Below are positions 1 through 9,782 of a stretch of DNA of 64,000 bases, in pieces; position 1 is the stretch's first letter, and each line of letters opens with the position of its first letter. The DNA lies in the NCBI GenBank assembly GCA_944391115.1, contig CALXSJ010000001.1:3169-67168 (forward strand). Reading direction: 5' to 3'. Below the pieces are notes generated by a model that was not told the origin of the DNA, did no database searches, and saw nothing but the letters and a program-made list of their open reading frames with translations. Source of the stretch: an uncultured Victivallales bacterium (GTDB lineage Bacteria; Verrucomicrobiota; Lentisphaeria; Victivallales; UBA1829). A program made the position numbers and the translations under genes.

Positions 1-2
1 AG

Positions 3-1166
3 GAAAAAGGCGCGTTTCCGCTGCTGGACAAGGAAAAATATCTGGAAGGCGCGTTCATCTCCCAGCTTCCGGACGACATTCGCGAAGGCATCCGGAAATA
101 CGGGATCCGGAACTCGCATCTCACTTCGATCGCGCCGACCGGAACGATCAGTCTGTTTGCGGGCAACGTCTCCAGCGGTCTGGAGCCTGTTTTCGCGTTC
201 AAGTACACGCGGAAGATCCGGAACGGCAAGGAGGGCGACACCACCGACGCCGAAGTCGTCGATTACGCCTACAGCGAATACCGGAAGCTGCGGGGTGCGG
301 AATTCGATCCGAAGAAACTGCCCGCCTGTTTTGTCAGCTCCGCGGAGATCTCTCCGGAGGAACATCTGAATATTCAGGCGGCTCTGCAGCAGTATGTGGA
401 CAGCTCCATCTCCAAGACCATCAACATTCCCTCCGACTACCCCTATGAGGCGTTCAAGGACATCTACATGAAGGCCTATGAGAAGGGGCTCAAGGGGTGC
501 ACCACCTTCCGTCCGTCCGAACACATCACGGGCATTCTGGTCCGCGACGAGGACCGGAAAAAGAAGGAGAAGGAGGAGAAAAAGGCGGTCGAGCATCCGG
601 TCATTGTCCGTCCGCAGCCGCCGAAGCGTCCGGTGGAACTGGAGGGAACGACCTACAAGATCCGCACGCCGCTTGCCGCGGACGCGCTCTATGTGACGAT
701 CAACGACCTGATCGAGGAGGACGGGCGCCGCCGCCCGTATGAAATCTTCATCAATACGAAGAACCTTCAGTATTTCAGCTGGATTGTCGCGATGACGCGC
801 CTGATCTCTTCGGTGTTCCGTCATGATCCGGCGCCGCGCTTCCTTGTGGAGGAGCTCAAGAGCATCTACGATCCCAACGGCGGCTACTTCAGCGAAGGTA
901 CCTACATCCCGTCGCTTGCCGCGGACATCGGGCGCGTGATCGAAAAGCACCTGGAGAAGATCGGCATCATGCCGGCGCATTACGAGAAGAAGGCTGTGAA
1001 AAAAGCCGAACCCGCGCCGTCCGCGGAAGAGGCTCCGAAAGCCGCCGCGCCGACGGCCGACCAGTTCAACGGAATGCTGATCTGCCCGGTCTGCAACGAG
1101 CGCAAGCTCATCATGCAGGAGAACTGCGTGAAATGTCTTGCCTGCGGGCACAGCAAATGCGGCTGA
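3..1166 (+). CDS. nrdJ: Class II (adenosylcobalamin-dependent) ribonucleotide reductase, C-terminal part (5' end outside window)
   Basis: Frame is open from position 3: SHLTSIAPTGTISLFAGNVSSGLEP (RNR motif), VDSSISKTINIP, GLKGCTTFR, a TSCPD-like region and a C-terminal Zn ribbon CPVC...CVKCLACGHSKC. The ORF track starts it artificially at 396. Confidence 0.92.
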   Translation, partial: EKGAFPLLDKEKYLEGAFISQLPDDIREGIRKYGIRNSHLTSIAPTGTISLFAGNVSSGLEPVFAFKYTRKIRNGKEGDTTDAEVVDYAYSEYRKLRGAEFDPKKLPACFVSSAEISPEEHLNIQAALQQYVDSSISKTINIPSDYPYEAFKDIYMKAYEKGLKGCTTFRPSEHITGILVRDEDRKKKEKEEKKAVEHPVIVRPQPPKRPVELEGTTYKIRTPLAADALYVTINDLIEEDGRRRPYEIFINTKNLQYFSWIVAMTRLISSVFRHDPAPRFLVEELKSIYDPNGGYFSEGTYIPSLAADIGRVIEKHLEKIGIMPAHYEKKAVKKAEPAPSAEEAPKAAAPTADQFNGMLICPVCNERKLIMQENCVKCLACGHSKCG

Positions 1167-1188
1167 GCCCGGGAGGGGATGTCGAGTC

Positions 1189-2373
1189 ATGCTTTATCTT
1201 CTTGCGAATCTGCGCGGGAGTTTCGGTCCGCTGCGGCTGTTCGAGTATGTGTCGTTCCGTTCGGGCTGCGCGCTGATTACCTCGATGCTTCTGGTGATCG
1301 TGCTCGGCCCGTGGGTGATCCGCCGTCTGAAGAAGTTCTGCGTGCCGAAATCGGCGCGTCTGGAGGGATTGGTTGACGAGCGTTTCGTGGACCACTCGAA
1401 GGACAAGACGCCTACGATGGGCGGGCTTCTGATCATCTTTTCGATCGTCTTTTCGACAGTGTTCTGGGGGGATCTCTCCAACCGGATGGTGCTGGTCTTC
1501 CTTCTCCTGCTGCTGCCGCTTACGGCGCTCGGGTTCTATGACGACTATATCAAGGTCAAGTATGAGCGCAGAGTGCGTGACGGGGTGTCGGGAAAAGTGA
1601 AGCTGCTGATCCAGGTGCTGGTGAGTTTTGCCGCGCTCTGCGTGATTTACAAGATGCCGGACACGATGACCACCAAGTTCCTGATTCCGTTCTTCAAGGA
1701 TCCGGTCTGCCTGAAGCCGGCGGGGGAGTCGATTCAGTTCTGTCTCCCTCCGCAGCTTCTGGCTGAACCGTTGTTCACATTTCCAGCATCGTGGGGGCTG
1801 CTTGCGATCGGACTGATTTTTGCGGCGAACATTCTGCTCGTCACATTTTTCAGCAACGCTGTGAATCTCACAGACGGAAAGGACGGACTCGCGGCGGGGT
1901 GCACGGTGTTCTGCGTGCTCTCCTTCGCGGCGGTCGCATATATGCACGGGCACGTTGTCTTTGCAAAATATCTTTCCATTCCGTATATTCCGGAGCTTGG
2001 AGAGATCAGCGTGTTCGCGTCCGCGATGGCGGGGGCGTGCATCGGATTTCTCTGGTACAACTGCAAGCCTGCATCGGTTTTCATGGGGGACACGGGGAGT
2101 CTTCCGCTCGGAGGAAGCATCGGATTGATCGCGGTTCTGATGGGCCAGCAGTTCCTCCTGATCGTGATCGGTTTTGTCTTCCTGATGGAAGGCTTTTCGG
2201 TCATGCTTCAGGTTGCCAGTTTCCGGATGACGGGCAGACGGATTTTTCTCTGCTCGCCGATTCATCACCATTTTGAACAGAAAGGGTGGACGGAGACGCA
2301 GATTGTGACCCGGTTCTGGATCATTGCCGGGATCTGTGCCCTGATCGGGCTCGCAACATTGAAATTGCGCTGA
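1189..2373 (+). CDS. mraY: Phospho-N-acetylmuramoyl-pentapeptide transferase
   Basis: TPTMGG, GFYDDYIK, NAVNLTDGKDGLA, VFMGDTGS, PIHHHFE motifs; multi-TM. ATG at 1189 follows a GGAGGGG RBS. Confidence 0.97.
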   Translation: MLYLLANLRGSFGPLRLFEYVSFRSGCALITSMLLVIVLGPWVIRRLKKFCVPKSARLEGLVDERFVDHSKDKTPTMGGLLIIFSIVFSTVFWGDLSNRMVLVFLLLLLPLTALGFYDDYIKVKYERRVRDGVSGKVKLLIQVLVSFAALCVIYKMPDTMTTKFLIPFFKDPVCLKPAGESIQFCLPPQLLAEPLFTFPASWGLLAIGLIFAANILLVTFFSNAVNLTDGKDGLAAGCTVFCVLSFAAVAYMHGHVVFAKYLSIPYIPELGEISVFASAMAGACIGFLWYNCKPASVFMGDTGSLPLGGSIGLIAVLMGQQFLLIVIGFVFLMEGFSVMLQVASFRMTGRRIFLCSPIHHHFEQKGWTETQIVTRFWIIAGICALIGLATLKLR

Positions 2374-2410
2374 AAATGGAAGAATAATTTTCTTTGGGCC
2401 GTTTTTTTGC

Positions 2411-2438
2411 TTGCATTTTTTCAAAACAGCGATAGTGT
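2411..2438 (+). promoter_or_regulatory. Possible sigma70 promoter for the small ORF at 2491
   Basis: TTGCAT-N16-TAGTGT in an AT-rich intergenic region. Confidence 0.35.
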
Positions 2439-2490
2439 AAGCAGAATTCCTGGAAAAAAGATTGAAAAACTCAAAATAAGGATATTAAAC

Positions 2491-2736
2491 ATGAGCGACA
2501 AAAAAGAAATCTATGCCGACGGGATCGGCCAGATCCATTTCGCAGGCGGAATGGTCCGTTATGATTTTGTCACACTGCAGCCGAAAGAAGACGGTACCGC
2601 GCCGGAATCGCAATCCAGCATCCGGATTATCATGCCGCCGCAGGGTTTTCTTGCCGCGTTCAATTCCATGCAGCAGCTGATTGACAAGCTTCTGGAAGCC
2701 GGTGTGCTTCAGAAGAATCCGAACGTCAAGAAGTAA
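2491..2736 (+). CDS. Small hypothetical protein (81 aa), DUF3467-like beta/alpha pattern
   Basis: ATG 2491 after AAGGA; protein-like composition (IYADGIGQIHFAGGMVRYDF...IIMPPQGFLAAF); followed by a terminator. Confidence 0.75.
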   Translation: MSDKKEIYADGIGQIHFAGGMVRYDFVTLQPKEDGTAPESQSSIRIIMPPQGFLAAFNSMQQLIDKLLEAGVLQKNPNVKK

Positions 2737-2746
2737 GAGTGTTCCG

Positions 2747-2772
2747 CCGGACGGAAACCCCGTCCGGTTTTT
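2747..2772 (+). terminator. Intrinsic terminator
   Basis: CCGGACGG-AAACC-CCGTCCGG (8-bp stem) followed by TTTTT. Confidence 0.8.
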
Positions 2773-2869
2773 CTGTCTTTGCAGAAGAATCAAACCATGC
2801 CGTTGCCTGCCGGGAACGTTATGGTTTGGAATTTCTGGAAGCTGATATCTTAACGAACGGAGTGATCGT

Positions 2870-4366
2870 ATGCTGAAGAGATCTTTTTCAGTGGTCATGG
2901 CGCTTGGCGTTATCGCTGTGCTTGCTTTCGCCGGCTGCAAAAGCGAAGAGGATTTCCGCCTGGAGCGCGCCAATTACGCAAGACTGCATTTTGAACAGTC
3001 GCAGTTCAAGGAACTGCCTCAGGATGTCCGGCTTACCCTTCCGGAGTGCATCCGCCTGGCGCATGAGAATAATCTGGACGTGAAAGTGAACAAGCTGGAG
3101 GAGGCGGTCGCCCATGAAATGCGCACCGCGGAACTCCTCGGCATGCTTCCTGAAATCAACATCAGCAACAGCTTTACCGGACGCTCCAACACTCCGGCTT
3201 CCAGCAGCAAGGCATACAAATCCGGCGGCGCGACATACGGTGCCAGCACGAGTTCCGACCGCAACATCAATGCGTTCAACATTGACTTCGCTCTGAGCGT
3301 CATGGATTTCGGGCTTGCCTTCTTCAATTCACAGCAGGCGCACGACCGTTATCTGATGCGTCAGCAGCGCACGGAGCGCGTCTCGCAGAATTTGACGCTG
3401 GACGTTGTCCGGGTTTATTTCCAGGTCGCCGCGGCGCAGCGTGCAATCAATATCACCCGCGGTCTGCTCGCCACCTGCCGCGACCGCTACACGCTGATCA
3501 AGAAGCTCAGCGACGCCAAGAAAATCACGCCGTTCCGCGCATTTGACGAAACCAGCCGTTTCATTGAGATGGAACGTAAGCTCACCGATTACATTCTTGA
3601 TTATCAGAACGCCTGCATTGAGCTGCGTTCCCTGCTCGGATACTATCCGACGGCGAACATTACCGTGGACGATTCCGTTCTTGCCAGGGTTCCGGAATTC
3701 AAGTTCCCCGAAATGGAAGTGATGGAGCAGATCGCCCTGATGAAGCGTCCCGAGCTTTATGAGATTGACATGCAGAAGCATATCAATGTGATTGAATGCC
3801 GGAAGGTGCTTCTTTCCATGTTCCCGAGCGCAAGACTTTTTGCAGACTACAACAACAATAACAACTCCTTCCTTTACAAGGAAAACTGGTGGGAGCTCGG
3901 GATCCAGTCCGCCTTCAATCTTCTGAAAGTTCCGCAGAAGATCGGCGAATACATGAGTTATGACGCCCAGGTCGAGGCCGAGCAGGTCCGTTCCTACGGG
4001 CAGGCCATCACCGTGATGGCGCAGGTCCGCATTGCCCATGCAGACATCATGGCGAACAAGGAGATTCTCGATACGAACACCAGGACGTTTGAGAATTACA
4101 ATACGCATCTGACGAATTCTCTGAAAAACCAGAAGATTACCGGCGATCTTTCCCGTCTTGAACTTGACCATATTCGTCTTACGACTGCGGAAAGCGACAT
4201 TCAGCGCATCATGTCGCTTGGCAGCTATTATGTTTCCTACTACCGTCTCCTGAATGCCATCGGCATCCGCAGCATGTCGGACAAGGATTTGAAAGAGCTT
4301 ACCGATGAGCTGAATGCTGCGCAGAAAGCTGCGAAAACGGAAATCGCCAGCGCGGCAGTGAAGTAA
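2870..4366 (+). CDS. TolC-family outer membrane efflux lipoprotein
   Basis: Lipoprotein-like signal (LAFAGC); LTLPECIRLAHENN start; two OEP-like repeats (LLGMLPEI, LLSMFPSA; VRVYFQV, VRIAHAD). Confidence 0.85.
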   Translation: MLKRSFSVVMALGVIAVLAFAGCKSEEDFRLERANYARLHFEQSQFKELPQDVRLTLPECIRLAHENNLDVKVNKLEEAVAHEMRTAELLGMLPEINISNSFTGRSNTPASSSKAYKSGGATYGASTSSDRNINAFNIDFALSVMDFGLAFFNSQQAHDRYLMRQQRTERVSQNLTLDVVRVYFQVAAAQRAINITRGLLATCRDRYTLIKKLSDAKKITPFRAFDETSRFIEMERKLTDYILDYQNACIELRSLLGYYPTANITVDDSVLARVPEFKFPEMEVMEQIALMKRPELYEIDMQKHINVIECRKVLLSMFPSARLFADYNNNNNSFLYKENWWELGIQSAFNLLKVPQKIGEYMSYDAQVEAEQVRSYGQAITVMAQVRIAHADIMANKEILDTNTRTFENYNTHLTNSLKNQKITGDLSRLELDHIRLTTAESDIQRIMSLGSYYVSYYRLLNAIGIRSMSDKDLKELTDELNAAQKAAKTEIASAAVK

Positions 4367-4436
4367 CCTTCAAGCCGGAGCGGAACTTGAGGCTTCCGGT
4401 TCTCGCCGGTCGGTATTGTCCGCCTGTCTGCCGTTT

Positions 4437-5210
4437 TCACCGCAGGGGATGTCCGCCTGTCAGATGTTCCATCCGGAATTCCGACGGGCTTTTTCCTCTG
4501 TGATGCTTGAAATACCGGGAAAAAGCGTAAAGCGATGAGAAACGCAGTTCTCTGGCGATCTGGCTCAGAGAGAGATCCGAATAGAGCAGCTGCCGTTCCG
4601 CCATTTTCAGCAGGACCCCGTCGATGTGGCGTTTGATGTTGCCGTTTCCGAACTCCTTGCCGAAACGGTATTTGAACTGCGCCTTGGTCAGCTTGAAGAA
4701 ATCGGCCAATTCGTCAATGCTGATCGCCGCGCCGGACTGCAGGACCGCATTCAGCAGATTGGCCTCAAAATCTGAGGTGCGCGGATGTTCCGGCATTTTC
4801 GCAAGATGTCTGAGAAGGCAGGAGAGAGCGTCTTCGATGACAATCCGGCTTTCCTGTGAATAAGTTTTGAAACGCCCTTTCCCGTCGATCAGATCCCGGA
4901 TGGTGTCCAGATGAAACAGACAGACGGGATCGCGGCTGACCTGCGGTTCTGGACAGTCCGTCGCACGGAATTTGATTGAAATAAAATCCTGCGGTGAATC
5001 CGTTTTGTGAAATTTGTGCTCGATTTCCGGAGGAATCAGCCAGAACTCGCCGGGCAGCAGGACAATTTCCCTGCCCAGGCTTGACGCGATCAGTTTTCCG
5101 TCGATGCAATATTCCAGCTGACAGTAAGAATGACTGTGCATGCCGGTGGACGAGGCATATCCGTGACTGAAATAGAGCAACTCGGTTGTGAAATCGTTTT
5201 GACTCCGCAT
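4437..5210 (-). CDS. AraC-family transcriptional regulator
   Basis: Cupin (HSHSYCQLEY, HKF) plus C-terminal double HTH (LSLSQIARELRFSSLYAFSRYFKHHRGKSPSEFR); divergent from the catabolic operon. Start chosen at MRSQ. Confidence 0.92.
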   Translation of the reverse strand: MRSQNDFTTELLYFSHGYASSTGMHSHSYCQLEYCIDGKLIASSLGREIVLLPGEFWLIPPEIEHKFHKTDSPQDFISIKFRATDCPEPQVSRDPVCLFHLDTIRDLIDGKGRFKTYSQESRIVIEDALSCLLRHLAKMPEHPRTSDFEANLLNAVLQSGAAISIDELADFFKLTKAQFKYRFGKEFGNGNIKRHIDGVLLKMAERQLLYSDLSLSQIARELRFSSLYAFSRYFKHHRGKSPSEFRMEHLTGGHPLR

Positions 5211-5381
5211 CGTTCCGCATCTCCTGTTTCCCGTATGCAATATAGCATGGGAGAGTTTGAAAGACAATGCTCTCTTTCGCCAAATTGATAAACAAATACG
5301 CCATTTTGCCATTTACTCTGTTTTTCTTTCATGATATATTGCCATCAAAACAAACATTCAGAGAAAGGAGATTTCCTTATC

Positions 5382-6437
5382 ATGAAAAAAATCACGGGTG
5401 CGATTCTGTTTGACGGACAGCTGGGAACGCGGGAACAGGAAATTCCGGAACTGCAGCCCGGCCAGGTGCTGGTCGAGGTGCATGCTTCGCTGATCAGCCC
5501 CGGGACGGAAATGGCCGCCGCCCGGCAGAGACGGCAGAAACATCTTGCTCCGGATACGCCGCCGATGAATTTTGGTTATTCCAACGCCGGCGTAATTCTG
5601 GAAACCAGAGGTGATGTAAAAGGCCTCAAGGCGGGAATGCGTGTCGCCTGTATGGGCGCTGGTGCGGCGGAACACGCAAACTATGCCGTTGTGCCGGTGA
5701 ATCTTGTTGTGCCGATTCCGGATACGGTGACTTTCGAGCAGGCGTCTTATCTTTCTCTTGCCGCGACCTCGCTGCAGGCTGTGCGCCGGACGGATGTCAA
5801 GCTCGGAGAATACGGCGCGGTTCTCGGGCAGGGGATTGTCGGCAACCTTGCGGCCCAGCTGTACCGCCTGAACGGCGCCCGTGTCATCGGATGGGAATCC
5901 CTGGCGCTCCGCGCGGAGATCGCCGCGAAGTGCGGACTTGGCGCCTGTGTGGATTTCATGAAGGAGGATCCCGTTGAGCCGACCAGAAAATTCGCTTCCC
6001 CGTATGGGCTGGATTTCGCCCTGTTCGCATTCGGCGGCGACGGCGAGAGCGCATTCATGAATGTCAAGAAATGCATGAAGGTTTCCGCGGACGGGCACGC
6101 CATGGGCACCATTACGCTGGTCGGCGGCTGCCGTGTGCCGGTGGAAGGCGGTGCGGCGTCGGGCAATCTCAATCTCTGTGTTTCCTCCCGGACAGGTGCG
6201 GGCTATCATGACCGCGAATGGGAATACGGGAAGGATTATCCTCCGGCATTTGTCCAGTTCACCACGCAGCGCAACGCACGGGAACTGATTGCTCTGATTG
6301 CCGAGAAGCGTCTTCTTGTCGATCCCATGACCACGCACCGGATTCCGCTGGAAAACATTCGTGAAGCGGGCGATCTGCTGATCGACCATCCCGATCAGGC
6401 GCTCGGCGTGATTCTTACGATGAAGCATGAAGCATAA
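5382..6437 (+). CDS. MDR-superfamily dehydrogenase, probably Zn-independent subtype
   Basis: GroES-like N-domain with LISPGTE and GYS in place of the CxxD/GHE Zn ligands; Rossmann VLGQGIVG; RBS AAAGGAG. Confidence 0.85.
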   Translation: MKKITGAILFDGQLGTREQEIPELQPGQVLVEVHASLISPGTEMAAARQRRQKHLAPDTPPMNFGYSNAGVILETRGDVKGLKAGMRVACMGAGAAEHANYAVVPVNLVVPIPDTVTFEQASYLSLAATSLQAVRRTDVKLGEYGAVLGQGIVGNLAAQLYRLNGARVIGWESLALRAEIAAKCGLGACVDFMKEDPVEPTRKFASPYGLDFALFAFGGDGESAFMNVKKCMKVSADGHAMGTITLVGGCRVPVEGGAASGNLNLCVSSRTGAGYHDREWEYGKDYPPAFVQFTTQRNARELIALIAEKRLLVDPMTTHRIPLENIREAGDLLIDHPDQALGVILTMKHEA

Positions 6438-6456
6438 GAAAGAAAGGAGTCCCGTC

Positions 6457-7404
6457 ATGAGTTTCAGAATCGGCCTTGTCGGTCTTTGCACTTCCCATCC
6501 CGAATCCTGGGTTCCCCTTACCCGGGAGCTGGTTTCCCAGGGACTTTTCGAGGCGGAATTTACTGCCGCATGGGATTCCGGGGAGACCCGTCCGGCGGGA
6601 TTTGCCCGCGAATTCTGTGCCAGGTTTTCCATTCCGCATGCCGTTGAGAAGCTGGAGGATATGCTCCCGCTGGTGGACGGCGTGATCGTACATACGACAA
6701 ACTGGGACCGTCATATGGAACAGGCCGCGCCGTTTGTCAATGCCGGCAAGGCGGTTTATATCGACAAGCCCATCGCCGGGAACATGCGTGATGCCAATCA
6801 GTATCTGGACTGGATCGCACAGGGGCGCAAAGTGACCGGCGGCTCCGTCCTGCGCTATTTTCAGCCGGCGCGTGAATTTCTTGCCCTGCCCGAAAACGAG
6901 CGTGGGAAAGTTCAGACAGCCTATGCGGCGGTAGGAGTGGACGATTTCAACTACGGCATTCACGGCTACGCGATTCTTGCAAGCATTCTGGGGCCCGGAA
7001 TTGTCTCCGCCCGTTACATCGGCGAAAGCAATCAGAAGCAGATCATGCTCAAGTGGAAGGACGGGCGCATCGGACTTCTGACCGCCGGAAAGAGCGTCTG
7101 GCTGCCCTTCAATCTGACCGTGGTGACGGAACGGGATGTGAAACAGTTCACCGCGGGCGGAGGCGCGATTTACAGCGCGATGCTCCGTGAAGTCATGCCG
7201 TTCTTCACGGGGAAAACCGATATCCCGCCCGTCCCTTCTGCGGAACTGATCGAACCGGAACTTGCCGCGCTGGCGGCGAAAGTCTCCTGGAACAGCGGCG
7301 GGCGTGAGGTGTATCTGACCGATCTCCGCCATGACGATCCCGGTTTCGACGGCACCCAGTTTGCGGAAGAGTATCTCCGCGCCCGTCTTGCCCAGAAAAA
7401 GTGA
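6457..7404 (+). CDS. Gfo/Idh/MocA-family oxidoreductase
   Basis: RIGLVG start, VYIDKPIA motif, YGIHG; RBS AAAGGAG. Confidence 0.8.
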   Translation: MSFRIGLVGLCTSHPESWVPLTRELVSQGLFEAEFTAAWDSGETRPAGFAREFCARFSIPHAVEKLEDMLPLVDGVIVHTTNWDRHMEQAAPFVNAGKAVYIDKPIAGNMRDANQYLDWIAQGRKVTGGSVLRYFQPAREFLALPENERGKVQTAYAAVGVDDFNYGIHGYAILASILGPGIVSARYIGESNQKQIMLKWKDGRIGLLTAGKSVWLPFNLTVVTERDVKQFTAGGGAIYSAMLREVMPFFTGKTDIPPVPSAELIEPELAALAAKVSWNSGGREVYLTDLRHDDPGFDGTQFAEEYLRARLAQKK

Positions 7405-7436
7405 TCCGTCCAGGAAATCAGAACCGGGAGACTGTG

Positions 7437-8483
7437 ATGAAAGATAGAATCGGTTTTGGAATCATCGGCGCCGGCATGATTGCCGAACTTCATGCCAGAT
7501 CCATGCAGGAGCTCTCCAATGTGCGCCTGGTCGGCATTTATGACAAGAATGCAGAGGCCGCAAGAAGGCGCGCCGAACAGTTCCGCTGCAAAGCCTATGA
7601 GAACTTTGACGCATTTCTGGCTGACCCGGAGATCGAGGCCGTGACGATTGCCACCCCCTCCGGCATGCATGGAGAAGTTGCGATTCCCGCCGCCAAGGCG
7701 GGAAAGCACATTCTCTGCGAGAAGCCGCTGGAGATCACGCTCGAAAAGGTCGATGCGCTCATTCGCGCCTGCGACAAGAACAACGTTCTGCTCTCCCCCG
7801 TCTTCCAAACACGTTTCACGAAGCCCGTTCAGCTTGTTCACGAGGCCATGCGCTCGGGGCGTTTCGGGCGGATGGTTCTGGCGAGCGCGCAGATGCGCTG
7901 GTACCGCGATCCCGCCTATTACGCCGGTTCCTCCTGGCGCGGAACCTGGGATCTCGACGGCGGCGGTGCGCTGATGAATCAGGCGATCCACATGATCGAC
8001 CTGCTGATCTACATCAACGGCGCGCCGGACGAGGTGTTTGCGTTCGCCGGCACGCTGACGCACAGCATCGAGGTCGAGGACAACCTCTGCGCCGCGGTCA
8101 AATACCGGAACGGCTCGTTCGGAACGATTGAAGTGAGCACCTCCTGCGCCCCGGGGTTTCCCCGCCGCCTGGAGTTTTCCGGCAGCGCGGGCACCGTTGC
8201 GTTTGAGGAGGACAAGATCACGCGCTGGGAATTTGCCAGTCCGCAGCCGCAGGACGAGGAGATTCTCCGCGAACTTTCCGGGAAGGCCGACGCAAAGGGC
8301 GGACGCGCCCCCATGAACATCGGCTCCAACGGCCATGCAAGCCAGATTTCCGACCTCGCCGAAGCAATTAAAACCGGACGCCGTCCCTTCCTCGACGGGC
8401 GCGAGGGAAGACGTGCCATTGAACTCATCTGCGGCATCTATGAGTCCGCGCGGACGGGGAAACCGTTCTTTTTCCAGAGGTGA
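7437..8483 (+). CDS. Gfo/Idh/MocA-family oxidoreductase
   Basis: GIIGAGMIA, IATPSGMH, HILCEKPL, GGGALMNQAIHMID. Confidence 0.93.
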   Translation: MKDRIGFGIIGAGMIAELHARSMQELSNVRLVGIYDKNAEAARRRAEQFRCKAYENFDAFLADPEIEAVTIATPSGMHGEVAIPAAKAGKHILCEKPLEITLEKVDALIRACDKNNVLLSPVFQTRFTKPVQLVHEAMRSGRFGRMVLASAQMRWYRDPAYYAGSSWRGTWDLDGGGALMNQAIHMIDLLIYINGAPDEVFAFAGTLTHSIEVEDNLCAAVKYRNGSFGTIEVSTSCAPGFPRRLEFSGSAGTVAFEEDKITRWEFASPQPQDEEILRELSGKADAKGGRAPMNIGSNGHASQISDLAEAIKTGRRPFLDGREGRRAIELICGIYESARTGKPFFFQR

Positions 8484-8486
8484 CGC

Positions 8487-9764
8487 ATGCTTCTCAAATT
8501 CCTTCCAGTGAAAATGCGCCTTCCTCTGAAATTCGGCGCGGAGACCGTTGACTCGATCCAGATCGCCCACGTGGAAATCGACGCCTATGGAACGACCGGA
8601 ACCGGGGAAACTCCGCTTTCCGTCGCCTGGGCATGGCCGTCGGACCTTTCCTTTGCCTTCCGGGAACGCGCAATGATGGATTTCTGCCGGATGCTGGAGC
8701 GGGAATATCGCCCCTCCGGTCACGATCCGATGACAGAAGGATACGCTTTTCTGATGGAAAAACTGCCGGAGATTCATGCGCGCTTCAACCGGGAATACGC
8801 CGTTGACATGCCGCATCTTGCCGCGCTGATCTGCACATCCGCTTTCGACATCGCCCTTCATGACGCCTTCGGGAAGTCGCGTCACCTGCCCGCATTCCGG
8901 ACATATCATGCCGGATTCATGGAACATGATCTCGCGTGGTTCTATGACGATCCGGCATTCCGGGGGAAATATCCGCAGGATTATTTCGTCCGAGATGTTC
9001 CGGAGCATCTTCCCGTCTGGCATCTGGTCGGCGGACGCGACCTCCTGCTGGAATCCGAACGCACCGGAGACGAGCCGGATGACGGCTATCCGGTCTCCCT
9101 GGAAAAATGGATCGAGCGCGACGGATTGAAATGCCTGAAGATCAAGCTGACCGGCCGTGATGCGCAGTGGGATTACCGCAGGATGGCCGATGTCGGGCGC
9201 ATTGCCCTGCGTTACGGATGCGATGCGCTCTCCCCGGATTTCAACTGTCAGGTGCATGATCCCGCTTATGTCAATGCCGTCATGGACCGCCTGAAGGAGC
9301 GCGAGGAGGAAATTTTCCGGCGTGTCCTTTACGTGGAGCAGCCGTTCCCCTACGATCTTGAGTCGAACCGGATCGATGTGCATGCGTGCGCGGCACGCAA
9401 GGCGCTTTTCATGGATGAGAGCGCGCATGACTGGCGGATGGTCAGACTGGGCCGGGAACTCGGCTGGAACGGCGTCGCACTGAAAGTCTGCAAGACGATG
9501 ACCGGCGCCATCCTGTCCGCGTGCTGGGCGAAGGAGCACGGCATGCTGCTGATGGTGCAGGATCTGACCAACCCGATGCTTGCAGCAATCCCGCATGTCC
9601 TGCTTGCGGCGCACGTCGGCACAATCCGCGGTGTGGAATGCAATGCGCCGCAGTTCTATCCCGCGGCTTCGCTGGAGAACGAGAAGCGCCATCCCGGACT
9701 CTATGAACGCAGGAACGGCATAGTCGATCTTTCCACACTGCGTGGAGACGGTTTCGGCTATTGA
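8487..9764 (+). CDS. Enolase-superfamily (mandelate racemase/muconate lactonizing-like) enzyme
   Basis: KIK motif, metal ligands in PDFN, VEQP and MDES, second Lys in ALKVCK. Confidence 0.85.
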   Translation: MLLKFLPVKMRLPLKFGAETVDSIQIAHVEIDAYGTTGTGETPLSVAWAWPSDLSFAFRERAMMDFCRMLEREYRPSGHDPMTEGYAFLMEKLPEIHARFNREYAVDMPHLAALICTSAFDIALHDAFGKSRHLPAFRTYHAGFMEHDLAWFYDDPAFRGKYPQDYFVRDVPEHLPVWHLVGGRDLLLESERTGDEPDDGYPVSLEKWIERDGLKCLKIKLTGRDAQWDYRRMADVGRIALRYGCDALSPDFNCQVHDPAYVNAVMDRLKEREEEIFRRVLYVEQPFPYDLESNRIDVHACAARKALFMDESAHDWRMVRLGRELGWNGVALKVCKTMTGAILSACWAKEHGMLLMVQDLTNPMLAAIPHVLLAAHVGTIRGVECNAPQFYPAASLENEKRHPGLYERRNGIVDLSTLRGDGFGY

Positions 9765-9782
9765 CGGCGCGCGGCGTTCCGT

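Noticed and set aside
3-1166. Intein or intron in the ribonucleotide reductase
   Set aside because: The visible part is continuous, with no splice-junction motifs or endonuclease insert; the 5' part is outside the window.
4417-4461. Direct repeat TGTCCGCCTGTC x2
   Set aside because: Only two short copies at a convergent junction, one overlapping the AraC 3' end; no functional inference is supportable.
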